Shown: one piece after another, positions 45,362 through 55,586 of the stretch | Layout: every line of letters begins with the position of its first letter | Numbering within the stretch: position 1 is the first letter of the stretch | Origin: Thermoanaerobaculia bacterium | Lineage (GTDB): Bacteria; Acidobacteriota; Thermoanaerobaculia; Multivoradales; Multivoraceae | Direction: 5' to 3' | Assembly: GCA_965200575.1 (NCBI GenBank) | Contig: OZ241363.1 | Coordinates: 1,616,827 to 1,680,826, forward strand | DNA: 64,000 nt | Translations under genes and position numbers: made by a program | Notes under the pieces: model-generated | The model's input: the letters and a program-made list of their open reading frames with translations, nothing else | Told to the model about the DNA's origin: nothing | Database searches by the model: none

Positions 45362-46816
45362 TCAGTTCGAGCCGATGGCGAAGACGTCCGAGCGCGTCGC
45401 CACGTAGATTCTCCCGTCCTCGGCAACCGGCGTCGTGTACACCGCGGCGTCCATGTTGTGCTCGGCGATCACGTTCTCCTCGCGACCCGCGGTCAGGATC
45501 ACCAGGTCGCCGTCCTCGTCGCCCAGGTAGACCTTGCCGTCCGCGACGAACGGCGAACCCCACACCGCGGCGAAGGTGTCGTGCGTCCAGAGGTGCTCCC
45601 CGGTCTCGACGTCAAGGACGTACAGGAAGCCGCTCAGGTCGGTGATGTAGAGCAGTCCGTCATCGATGGCCGCGGTCGAGATCGTGCGGTTGAAGTCGTC
45701 GTCGCCGAAGTGCCAGATCGCGGCACTGTCCGTCGCGTCGCCTTCGACGTTCGCGTCGATGGCGTAGAAGTGGCCCGGACCCTCGCCGTGCTCCGGGTCC
45801 TGACCGACGCCGATGTAGAAGCGGTTGTTGTAGAAGACCGGAGTCGAGATCACGTTGTTTCGGGTGCCGGCGCCGCCGAGCTCCCAGATCGAGTCCTTCG
45901 GGTTCAGGTCGAACTTCCAGAGCAGTGCGCCGGTGGCCGCTTCGTAGGTGTAGAGCCAGCCGTCGCCGCCCGGAAAGGCGACCTGGGCCTGCCCGTCGAT
46001 GACGCCGTACGCCGGATTCGACCACGAACCGTGCAGGACTGCGTTGCTGCTGTCGATGCTCTCCCAGACCAGCTCGCCCGTGTTCTTGTTCAGCGCGATG
46101 AAGGCGGGCGAGGCCGGCGAAGGCAGGTTGATGTGGCCCTCGTCCACCCCGGCGCCAGTGACCGTGAACAGGAGGTCGCCGACGACGAGCGGCGAACCGG
46201 CGGCCAGGTTGTGCGGGAACACGTCCAGCTCACCGATCATGTCGTATTCCCAGATGATGTCGGCGTCGGGCTCCTCCTGGTGCTGCTCGCTGGTGATGCC
46301 GTCGTTCACGCCGTCCCGGAACCCGTCCACGTCGGCGGCGACCACCGTGGCCCGGTTGGACACGTAGTAGACCCGTTCGTCCTCGACGTACGGAGTCGAG
46401 CAGACGCCCTGCAGGGGCCAGTCGTTCACCCGCCCGGCGCCGAGCTTGTCGTGGGTGGCCTGCCAGAGCAGCCGACCCGTCTCCCGGTCGAGCGCCATGA
46501 CCACGCCCTTGTCGCCCTCGATGCCGGGACGGCGCAGACCCTCGTTGTTCGTGCCGACGTAGACGCGGCCGCCGTGCACGACCGGCCCGGCATAGGTCTG
46601 CGAGCCGACCTTGGCTCGCCAGATGATGTTCTGCCCCGACCTCACGTCCCACTCGATGGGCAGGTTCGTGGCCGGGGAGACCATGTTGCGTGCCGGAGTG
46701 TTGCCGAACATCGCCGGCGGTTCGTTCGCCGCCGCCATCGACGCCGCCAGCGCACCCGCAGCGACGCAAGCCAGAAACAGGGGAATGCGCGTTCTCATCA
46801 GCTTCGATCCGTCCAT
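45362..46816 (-). CDS. Secreted PQQ-like beta-propeller protein, paralog A
   Basis: Signal peptide MRTRIPLFLACVAAGALAASMAAANE. Motifs VYVGTNNEG, GVVMALDRETGRLLWQ, NDWPLQGVCSTP and YYVSNR. The C-terminal blades end with RIYVATRSDVFAIG. Confidence 0.8.
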   Translation of the reverse strand: MDGSKLMRTRIPLFLACVAAGALAASMAAANEPPAMFGNTPARNMVSPATNLPIEWDVRSGQNIIWRAKVGSQTYAGPVVHGGRVYVGTNNEGLRRPGIEGDKGVVMALDRETGRLLWQATHDKLGAGRVNDWPLQGVCSTPYVEDERVYYVSNRATVVAADVDGFRDGVNDGITSEQHQEEPDADIIWEYDMIGELDVFPHNLAAGSPLVVGDLLFTVTGAGVDEGHINLPSPASPAFIALNKNTGELVWESIDSSNAVLHGSWSNPAYGVIDGQAQVAFPGGDGWLYTYEAATGALLWKFDLNPKDSIWELGGAGTRNNVISTPVFYNNRFYIGVGQDPEHGEGPGHFYAIDANVEGDATDSAAIWHFGDDDFNRTISTAAIDDGLLYITDLSGFLYVLDVETGEHLWTHDTFAAVWGSPFVADGKVYLGDEDGDLVILTAGREENVIAEHNMDAAVYTTPVAEDGRIYVATRSDVFAIGSN

Positions 46817-46822
46817 CCTTCG

Positions 46823-48244
46823 TCAGCCATCCGAGCCGTCGCCGGATGGCCTCGCCACCAGCGCGTACAGTGTGTCGCTTGTCGCCAGGAAGACGACCGA
46901 GCCATCCGTGGACGGCGAAGTGTATACCGCCCGCGGCATCACGTTCTCGGCCAGTACGTCAAGAGTTCGGCCAGCGCGAAGAACGGCCACGTCGCCTTCC
47001 GTGTCCGCCGCCCAGACCTTGCCTCCGGCGACCAGCGGCGAACTCCAGAAGGGCGCCAGGGCGTCCCAGGTCCAGAGCTTCTCGCCGCTTCCGGCATCGA
47101 GCGCGAACAGGAAGCCGTTCAGATCAGCCAGGTAGACCACGCCGTCGGCCACCGCCACGGTGGTGATGGCGCGCCCCAGGTCCCGGTCCTCGAAGCGCCA
47201 GCGCACCCCGGTCGAGGTCACGTCGCCGCTGCCCGTCGGGTCAAGAGCCCAGAGCGCGCCGGGTCGAATCGATGCCTCGGGATCCCGGCCAGCGGCCAGG
47301 TAGACGACCCCCTCGTGCAGCACCGGCGTCGCCACGAAGACGTGCCGGTCATCGCCCGGGCTGGCCTCGCCGCCTGCGCCGCCCGCCGCCGCGTTGCCGT
47401 CGAACCGCCACAGCGGCTCGCCCGTGGTCGGCGCGAAGGCGTACAGCCAGCCGTCGCCGGCCGGGAAGATCGCCTGATCGCGCCCCCGAACGCTGCCGTG
47501 CGCAGGGCTCCCCCACTGGCCATCCAGCAGACCGGCGCCGGGGCTCGCGTCGCGCCACACCGGGCGGCCCGTGCGCCGGTCGAACGCCGCGAAGCTCGGC
47601 GCCTCCGGGGCCGGCACCCGCCCGTCGTCCGTGACGCCGTTGCTGGTGACGACGAACACCAGGTCGCCTGCCACCAGCGGCGTCGAGGCAGCCATGTGCT
47701 TCGGGAACACGCCCCACTCGCCCAACATGTCGAACTGCCAGGCGATGCTGCCGTCCAGGTTCGCGGCGACCAGCTCGCCCCGGTTGGAGACGTAGTGGAG
47801 CCGCTCGCCGTCGAACGACGGCGTCGAGCAGACGCCCTGAAGGGGCCAGTCGTTCGCGTCGCCCGTCTCGACCTTGGCGTGCGTGATCTGCCAGCGGAAG
47901 CCGCCGTCGCGACGGTCGAACGCCATGACCACGCCGCGATCGCCCGTGACCGACGGATCCCGCGGGCGCTCGTTGTTCGTGCCCACGACGACCAGGTCGC
48001 CGGCAAGCGTCGGGCCGCCGTAGGTGACCGTACCCAGGTCTGCCGACCACAGCACGCCTTCGCCCGATGCGACGTCCCAGGACACCGGCAGGTCGGCAGT
48101 CGCCTCTGCCACCCGGTTGCGGCCCGGGTTCGGATCATCCGCCGCGTGTCCCGGGGTCGTCGAAAGCCCGAAGACCAGGGCAAGCAGCGCCGCTGTCGCG
48201 ACCGGCGCCAGCGGCCTCCGGACCGACGCCGGGTCCCTCCTCAT
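46823..48244 (-). CDS. Secreted PQQ-like beta-propeller protein, paralog B
   Basis: ATG 48244 gives MRRDPASVRRPLAPVATAALLALVFGLSTTPGHA. It is colinear with paralog A (VVVGTNNER, GVVMAFDRRDGGFRWQ, NDWPLQGVCSTP, HYVSNR). The upstream 280 codons of track ORF 46823..49084 are read-through into a pseudogene. Confidence 0.8.
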   Translation of the reverse strand: MRRDPASVRRPLAPVATAALLALVFGLSTTPGHAADDPNPGRNRVAEATADLPVSWDVASGEGVLWSADLGTVTYGGPTLAGDLVVVGTNNERPRDPSVTGDRGVVMAFDRRDGGFRWQITHAKVETGDANDWPLQGVCSTPSFDGERLHYVSNRGELVAANLDGSIAWQFDMLGEWGVFPKHMAASTPLVAGDLVFVVTSNGVTDDGRVPAPEAPSFAAFDRRTGRPVWRDASPGAGLLDGQWGSPAHGSVRGRDQAIFPAGDGWLYAFAPTTGEPLWRFDGNAAAGGAGGEASPGDDRHVFVATPVLHEGVVYLAAGRDPEASIRPGALWALDPTGSGDVTSTGVRWRFEDRDLGRAITTVAVADGVVYLADLNGFLFALDAGSGEKLWTWDALAPFWSSPLVAGGKVWAADTEGDVAVLRAGRTLDVLAENVMPRAVYTSPSTDGSVVFLATSDTLYALVARPSGDGSDG

Positions 48245-49411
48245 CACGTCGCGCCGACCGATCCCGGTCGGCCCTCGCCCGGAAGCGACGCCAGCGAGTC
48301 CAGGCCGCAGAAGATCACCCGTCCGCCCCGGCGCGGCGCCGCGTACGGTTCGCCGAAAGCGGGAGTCGAAGTCGCGCCCTTCCGGGCAGAGCGCCCGGAA
48401 GGCGGCACGCGAGTCGCACGCGAACCCGTCGGGCGAGAGCTTCGCCTCCACGGCATCGACGCGGCCGCCCGGCCGTCTGACCACGAAATCCACCTCTCGC
48501 CCCGACTTGTCGCGCCAGTACCGCACCGCGTCCTTGAACCGCAGCCGCAGCGAATCCAGCACAGGTGCTCCCACAGACCCCTGTCTCCTCCGCGCAGCGT
48601 CTCCCAGCCCCGCTCGAAGGCGACGAATCCGGTGCCTGAGGCATGGCCCTTCGGTCGGCTGGTGATCTCCCTGCGGCCGCCGCCCGAAAAGGGACGCAGG
48701 AACTGCACGGCGTGCGCCACGGTCAGCACCTCGAGGTGGGACCGGACCGTGGGCTGACTGACCTCCGCCTGCCGACCCAGCTTCGTGAAGCCCACAAGAC
48801 CGCCGCTCGACCGCAGCAGCAGGCGCAGGAGGGACAGGAAGCCGACGCGGCGGATCCAGGACAGCTCCAGGATGTCGCGGGCGAAGAAGCTGTCGAGCCA
48901 CTCGGCGTAGAAGGACGGATCGGGCGAATCGGCGAGGAGCATCTCGGGCAGGCCGCCATGCACAAGCCGCCGATCCAGGTCGGCGGCGCCGGTTCAGTCG
49001 GCGCACTCCTGCCACAGCACCGGGCAGAGGTGAAGCGGCATCTTGCGCCCGGTGAGGGAGTCGCGAACTTGCCGGTGGCGGCAAGCGTGGCGGCTCCGAT
49101 CGCCAGGATGCGGAGGCCGGGGCGCTCGTCCGCCGCGATCTTCAGCAGCATGCCGGGGTCAGCCAGCCGATGCACCTCGTCGAGAACGAGCACTGCACGC
49201 TCCGACCGGGAAGCGAGGAACCCCTCGGGATCGGCCAGCCGCCGCTGGACGGAGGGCAGGTCGCAGTTGAAGTACTCGACGGAGTCGTTCCGCTCGAGCA
49301 GGAGCCGCGAAAGGGTCGTCCTCCCGACCCGCCGCACGCCGAGAGCCACACGATGCTGCGCCTCCGCCACGCCTCGTCTACCAGCGTCACCCATGCGTCC
49401 CGTCCGATCAT
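48244..49411 (-). pseudogene. Decayed AAA ATPase (AAA_14 N-terminus, DUF4143 C-terminus) with at least 4 frameshifts and 1 in-frame stop
   Basis: Colinear pieces lie in different frames:
- MIGRDAWVTLVDEAWRRRSIVWLS, then a shift near 49340.
- GVRRVGRTTLSRLLL...VLVLDEVHRLADPGMLLKIAADERPGLRILAIG, then a shift near 49055.
- RDSLTGRKMPLHLCPVLWQECAD, then TGA at 48985-48987.
- ...VHGGLPEMLLADSPDPSFYAEWLDSFFARDILE...QPTVRSHLEVL, then a shift near 48562.
- VLDSLRLRFKDAVRYWRDKSGREVDFVV...AVEAK, then a shift near 48380.
- PAFGEPYAAPRRGGRVIFCGLDSL.
The Walker A Lys is replaced by Arg. Confidence 0.7.
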
Positions 49412-49470
49412 CAACCGTGTTTTCCTCTGGACGCCCAAACGTCAAACACGGTTGCCGACAGGATGGAGCA

Positions 49471-49579
49471 GGCGCAACGGCGAGGCGCCTTCCTGCCGGT
49501 CTGCCAGGCGAGATTCTCGCCTGCTAATCCGCGATTCTTCATGGCGCAACGGCGAGGCGCCTGCCTGCCGGTTTGCCAG
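49471..49579. repeat. Pair of 37-nt direct repeats (2 mismatches), 72 nt apart start to start
   Basis: Copy 1 at 49471-49507: ggcgcaacggcgaggcgccttcctgccggtctgccag. Copy 2 at 49543-49579: ggcgcaacggcgaggcgcctgcctgccggtttgccag. Both lie in the spacer between the SDR stop (49582) and the pseudogene start. Confidence 0.85.
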
Positions 49580-49581
49580 CG

Positions 49582-50688
49582 CTACGCCGGCGGGCGCAGC
49601 TTCGGCTCGATGATCCCCAGCTCGATGGACGTCTCGATGACGTCGCGAATCGTGTCCTCGACCGCCCGGGTGGCGACTCCCAGCACCGCTTCGGCCTTCC
49701 GGCTGTGGTTGATGGCGGCGGAGCGCGACGCGATGCCGCCGGGCGGCGGTTCCGGAGCTCCCACCTCGAACGACGGGAACAACTCCTGAATCACGGCTCG
49801 GACTTCGGCGCCCAGACGCAGCGCGGAGCGTCCACCGCTGCCGTGCAGCAGGTACCGGGCGCCGCCGTGGGTCGCACGGTGGTCGACTGAGGACTCCGCT
49901 GCCAGCCGCTCGGCGCCCACCAGGTCGCGCACGTCGATGATGTTGTAGTACATGTCGTACGGCGTCGGCCAGGTCGTGGGCAGCCCGGCGGCAAGCCGTC
50001 CCAGCTGCTCGATCCACTGGCCGACCTGGGCCCGGAACAGGATCGGACCGCAGATCATGGCGGGGTTCAGGGTGACCACGTCCCAGGCGGCGTCGCTTTC
50101 GTCCGAGGCCTGGTTCAGCAGGCGCTCCGTGTCCACCTTGCTGCGGGCGTAGGCGTTGCGGGGCAACCGCCAGATCTCGGGCTCGAAGTGGTCAAGAGCC
50201 CAGACCGTTTCCGTCCAGGCAAAGCCCTCGGGCATCATCGGCGCGCCCAGGCCAGACACCGCCGCCAGCGAGCTCGTGTACACGACCCGCCTGACGCTGC
50301 CGCTGCGGTTGATCGCATCGACCACGTTCCGGGTACCGGCCATGCCGCCCTCGTAGACATCGGTCGAGACGTTGCCCGACCCGTTGGGCTGGGACTTGCC
50401 GTCCGCCGAGTTGCCGAGCACAGCCGCAACGTGGAATACGCCGGAGCAGCCGGCAAACGCCCGGTCGTACGAACCGGGCACGAACAGGTCGCAGCCGTCC
50501 ACGATCTCGACGTTCGGCAGGCGTTCGAGGTAGCCGACACAGTCGCGGCCACGCCAGGAGTCCGCATTCCGGATGCAGGCCCGTACCCGGTAACCGTGCA
50601 GCACCAGCTCGCGAACCATGTGGCCGCCGGTGAACCCGGAGCAGCCGGTAACGGCGACCGGACCGTCGTGAGGGGTTATCGCTGTCAT
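49582..50688 (-). CDS. NAD-dependent epimerase/dehydratase family SDR (cinnamoyl-CoA/dihydroflavonol reductase-like)
   Basis: ATG 50688 with GGAG upstream. Rossmann motif MTAITPHDGPVAVTGCSGFTGGHMVRELVLHGYRV, VFHVAA, and a YxxxK-type site in NAYARSKVDTE. Confidence 0.8.
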   Translation of the reverse strand: MTAITPHDGPVAVTGCSGFTGGHMVRELVLHGYRVRACIRNADSWRGRDCVGYLERLPNVEIVDGCDLFVPGSYDRAFAGCSGVFHVAAVLGNSADGKSQPNGSGNVSTDVYEGGMAGTRNVVDAINRSGSVRRVVYTSSLAAVSGLGAPMMPEGFAWTETVWALDHFEPEIWRLPRNAYARSKVDTERLLNQASDESDAAWDVVTLNPAMICGPILFRAQVGQWIEQLGRLAAGLPTTWPTPYDMYYNIIDVRDLVGAERLAAESSVDHRATHGGARYLLHGSGGRSALRLGAEVRAVIQELFPSFEVGAPEPPPGGIASRSAAINHSRKAEAVLGVATRAVEDTIRDVIETSIELGIIEPKLRPPA

Positions 50689-50780
50689 GTTCGATTCTCC
50701 TGCCAGGACGCCCGATCGGCCAACTCGATTCGGGGCGCCGCGCCAGCTCTGGCAAGCGGGGCGCCGGGACGGGAACGCCG

Positions 50781-51209
50781 CTACTCGGCGGCCGGCTCCT
50801 GCTCGTGCGACACCATCCAGTTGATGCCGAAACGGTCCGTGCACATGCCGAAGTACGAACCCCAGAAGGTCTCGTCCATCGGCATCGTCACCTCCCCACC
50901 TTCGGCCAGCGCCGCGTGAAACGCATCTGCCTCGTCCCGGCTACCGGCGTCCAGCGAGATCGAGAAGTTGTTGCCGAACTCGACCGGCGGCCCGAAGCGC
51001 GGGCTGGCGTCGGCACCCATCAGGATGCTGTCGCCGACCGGCAGCGACACGTGCATCACGCGGTCTGCCTCCTCGCCTGCCACCGGCGCGTCGTCCGGCG
51101 CGTCGGCGAAGGTGGTGAGCACCTGGAACTCCCCGCCAAAGACCAAACGATAGAACTCGAAAGCCTCCCGGCAGTTCCCGTCGAAGTTCAGGCAGGTGCT
51201 GAGCGCCAT
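50781..51209 (-). CDS. VOC superfamily protein (PhnB-like glyoxalase fold)
   Basis: [46 protein letters not shown] and [21 protein letters not shown] are typical of the PhnB/3-demethylubiquinone methyltransferase-like VOC family. Confidence 0.75.
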   Translation of the reverse strand: MALSTCLNFDGNCREAFEFYRLVFGGEFQVLTTFADAPDDAPVAGEEADRVMHVSLPVGDSILMGADASPRFGPPVEFGNNFSISLDAGSRDEADAFHAALAEGGEVTMPMDETFWGSYFGMCTDRFGINWMVSHEQEPAAE

Positions 51210-51327
51210 GGCAGCGGTTCCTCCGATGTCAAGTGCCCACGGCAGCGAGCGGTGGGCCAAACGGCAGCCGGGAGCTTACGCCAACCGGCGCCCCGGGATC
51301 CGCCAGGCGGCCGGCAGCGCAACCGCC

Positions 51328-52281
51328 CTACGGCGCCAGGGCCCGGATCGTCTCTCGCAGGTCGTCGCCGGGGTGCATGATCTGGATGGCCGGGGTGTGG
51401 ACTCCGGCTTCGATGTACTCCTGGATGCGCTCGCGACACTTGCCGGGCGACCCGATGATCAGGATGTCCTGCAGCGCCTCCTCGGGAATCACCTCCAGCG
51501 CCTTCTTGCGGTCGCCGGCAGCCCAGGCGTCCCACATCGGCCCCAGCAACTCGCGACGCCCCAGCCAGTCGTGGAAGGCGGCGTAGACGGGCACGTTGAG
51601 GTAGGCGGCCATCGACCGCTTGCCCACGAAGTCGATGACGCCACGGTCTGTTGTGGCCAGCACGAAGATGCGGGCGGCGATCTCCTTGCCCGGACCGCCC
51701 TCGTGGACGTAGGGAACGACGGTCCTGACGTCGTCGGGCGACAGCCAGTTCAGGATCGCGCCGTCGCCCTCGCGGCCCGCCATGCGCAGCATCCCCTGGC
51801 GCAGCGCGGCGACCAGGATGGGCGGGCACTCATCGAGCGGTCGGCCCATGCGGAAGCCGCGCACCTTGAAGGTGTCGAACTCCTCGTCGACGCGGTCGCC
51901 GGTGAGCGCCTTCCTGAGGAAGCGGACCATGTCGCGAGTCTTGTAGTACGGCCGCTCGAACGGAATGTCGTTCCACTGTTCGACGATGACGTTCGACGAC
52001 GTGCCGATGCCCATGACGAAGCGGCCGGGCGCGGCCTCGGCCATGGCCCCGACGGTCTGGGCCATGAGCGCCGGGCCGCGCGTGTAGGCGGGGATGATGG
52101 CGATGCCCAGCCGGGCGGTCGGAGCCCAGATGGAGGCCTGGACCAGCGGCGTGAAGCCGTCGCTGCCGTTCGACTCGGACGACCAGAAGTCCGTGTAGCC
52201 GAGATCGACCATCTCCTTGATCAGGTCCTCCTGCTCCGCCAGCGGAAGGCCGAAGGGAATCGTCATGCCGTATCGCTGCAT
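51328..52281 (-). CDS. LLM-class (F420-dependent type) oxidoreductase
   Basis: [46 protein letters not shown] and [25 protein letters not shown]. The luciferase-like TIM-barrel pattern resembles F420-dependent subfamilies. Cofactor is not provable from sequence alone. Confidence 0.8.
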   Translation of the reverse strand: MQRYGMTIPFGLPLAEQEDLIKEMVDLGYTDFWSSESNGSDGFTPLVQASIWAPTARLGIAIIPAYTRGPALMAQTVGAMAEAAPGRFVMGIGTSSNVIVEQWNDIPFERPYYKTRDMVRFLRKALTGDRVDEEFDTFKVRGFRMGRPLDECPPILVAALRQGMLRMAGREGDGAILNWLSPDDVRTVVPYVHEGGPGKEIAARIFVLATTDRGVIDFVGKRSMAAYLNVPVYAAFHDWLGRRELLGPMWDAWAAGDRKKALEVIPEEALQDILIIGSPGKCRERIQEYIEAGVHTPAIQIMHPGDDLRETIRALAP

Positions 52282-52386
52282 CGTCGTGCCGTCTCCTCGG
52301 CCGAAGCCCGTCCGCGCAGTCGGGCTGCGGCCTGTTCATGTGTTCGATGGTTGTCGGGTCGCGGGTCGGAGTGTACGGCAGGGTCC

Positions 52387-52475
52387 GTGCAGATCCCCCG
52401 CAGGCGGAAAGGACTCCACGAGCCGCCCGAGGAGGCGCGCTACGGCGGTGCAGATCCCCCGCAGGCGGAAAGGAC
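52387..52475. repeat. Two perfect 28-nt direct repeats separated by a 33-nt spacer (CRISPR-like geometry, two copies only)
   Basis: gtgcagatcccccgcaggcggaaaggac occurs at 52387-52414 and again at 52448-52475. The spacer is tccacgagccgcccgaggaggcgcgctacggcg. The pair lies in the divergent intergenic region between the LLM gene (start 52281) and the CoA-transferase gene (start 52603). Confidence 0.9.
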
Positions 52476-52602
52476 CCTTGATGCCGGCACGCCGACGAAC
52501 TGGCCGGGGCCGGACTGGCCGGCGGGCGTCCCCACGTCGCTGCAAACGCAGGCACGGCTCCATCCCGGCGACCGCGGCGATCCGGTTGCCTATACTGAGC
52601 CC

Positions 52603-53733
52603 ATGGGACCACTCGACGGCTACCGCATTCTCGAGATCGCCGGCATCGGCCCCGGCCCTTTCTGCGCCATGGTGCTCTCCGACCTCGGCGCCGAGGTCGT
52701 CCGCATCGACCGCAAGGCGTACGCCGGCCGGGGCTCGAAGTTTGACGTCCTGAATCGCGGCCGCCGCTCGCTCGCGGTCGACCTCAAGCGCCCCGAAGCC
52801 GTCGAGGCGGTGCTCGACATGGTCGAGAGGGCGGACGGGCTGATCGAAGGCTTCCGACCCGGCGTCATGGAGCGCCTGGGCCTGGGCCCGGACGTGTGCC
52901 TGGAGCGGAACCCGAAGCTGGTGTTCGGGCGCATGACGGGCTGGGGCCAGCACGGCGAGATCGCCCACGCCGCCGGGCACGACATCAACTACATTGCACT
53001 GTCCGGCGTCCTGCACTCGATTGGCAACGCCGGCGGGAGGCCGGTGCCGCCCCTCAACCTGGTCGGCGACTTCGGCGGCGGCGGCATGCTGTTGGCGCTC
53101 GGCGTCGTCGCGGGCCTGCTCGAGGCCGGGAAGTCGGGCAAGGGCCAGGTCGTGGACGCCGCCATGACCGACGGCTCGGCCCTGCTGCTGGCCGCCGTCG
53201 TCGGCATGCACTCGGCTGGGGTCTGGAAGGACGAGCGCGGCTCGAACATGCTCGACAGCGGCTCACACTTCTACGACACCTACGAGTGCGCCGACGGCGG
53301 CCATGTCTCCATCGGCTCCATCGAGCCGCAGTTCTACGCCCTGCTGCTTCAAAAGACCGGCCTTTCGGGCGCCGAATGGGAAGGCCACCTCCAGAACCGC
53401 GAGCGCTGGCCCGAGCTCAAGGCGAAGCTGGCCGAGGTCTTCCTCACCAGGAGCCGCGACGAATGGTGCGAGATCATGGAGGGCACGGACATCTGTTTTG
53501 CGCCGGTGCTCAGCATTGGCGAGGCGGCGGCGCACCCTCACAACCGCTCGCGGCAGACCTTCGTCGAGCTCGACGGAGTGACCCAGCCGGCGCCGGCCCC
53601 GCGCTTCAGCCGCACACCGGTCGAGGTACAGGGACCACCGCCCGTGGCCGGCGAACACGGCGACGCGGTGCTCGCCGACTGGGGCTTCAGCGCCGACCGC
53701 ATCGAAGCCATGAAGGCCGCGGACGCCATCTGA
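52603..53733 (+). CDS. CaiB/BaiF family III CoA-transferase (alpha-methylacyl-CoA racemase-like)
   Basis: [57 protein letters not shown] and [11 protein letters not shown] are classical for racemase/CoA-transferase family III. Confidence 0.85.
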   Translation: MGPLDGYRILEIAGIGPGPFCAMVLSDLGAEVVRIDRKAYAGRGSKFDVLNRGRRSLAVDLKRPEAVEAVLDMVERADGLIEGFRPGVMERLGLGPDVCLERNPKLVFGRMTGWGQHGEIAHAAGHDINYIALSGVLHSIGNAGGRPVPPLNLVGDFGGGGMLLALGVVAGLLEAGKSGKGQVVDAAMTDGSALLLAAVVGMHSAGVWKDERGSNMLDSGSHFYDTYECADGGHVSIGSIEPQFYALLLQKTGLSGAEWEGHLQNRERWPELKAKLAEVFLTRSRDEWCEIMEGTDICFAPVLSIGEAAAHPHNRSRQTFVELDGVTQPAPAPRFSRTPVEVQGPPPVAGEHGDAVLADWGFSADRIEAMKAADAI

Positions 53734-53763
53734 AGTCATCGACAACGCAACGCAGCCGCGCAA

Positions 53764-53783
53764 CCGATGCTCCGCCGCATCGG
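53764..53783 (+). terminator. Candidate stem-loop after the CoA-transferase gene
   Basis: ccgatgc-tccgcc-gcatcgg gives a 7-bp perfect stem and 6-nt loop, 31 nt after the stop at 53733. No U-tract. Confidence 0.25.
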
Positions 53784-54038
53784 AGTCCGGCCTTGCGGGG
53801 ATTCGAAGGCGCTGCCTGCCGTACCGCACACGGCGGCGAGGAAGCCAGCGCCAGGAACAAGGCGTAGTCTTGCGCCGAACCGGGGCCCGTGCGTCGTCCC
53901 GCTACATCCCGATTCAACGACCATACGCGACCCGCCGACCATGGACCGCCTCACGCCCAGGCCCGGGAAAGCAGCCCGGCCAGCTCCCGGACAGATTGCA
54001 CCGGGAACAGCCCCCCCCCAACATACCGGAGCCATTCC

Positions 54039-55586
<1,548 letters not shown>

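Noticed and set aside
35143-48757. Plus-strand ORFs 35143..38610 (1155 aa), 41123..44245 (1040 aa) and 44954..48757 (1267 aa)
   Set aside because: They are antisense to the SSS transporter and halogenase, to the radical SAM and propeller genes, and to the ADH and propeller genes. They have no motifs and a shadow-type composition.
48985-48987. In-frame TGA of the DUF4143 gene as selenocysteine or programmed read-through
   Set aside because: The same gene also carries four frameshifts and a mutated Walker A, no SECIS-like hairpin is evident, and the family is not known to contain selenoproteins. Simple decay is the economical explanation.
46823-49084. 753-aa ORF read as one large fusion protein
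   Set aside because: Only the C-terminal 473 aa (from ATG 48244, with its own signal peptide) form the propeller. The upstream 280 codons are mostly nonsense translation plus one in-frame fragment of the DUF4143 pseudogene.
52387-52536. Calling the 28-nt repeats a CRISPR array
   Set aside because: There are only two perfect copies, and a putative third register matches at 10 of 28 positions. No cas genes or leader-like AT-rich region lie in the window, and the repeat has weak hairpin potential. I kept it as a repeat and an open finding, not as a CRISPR feature.
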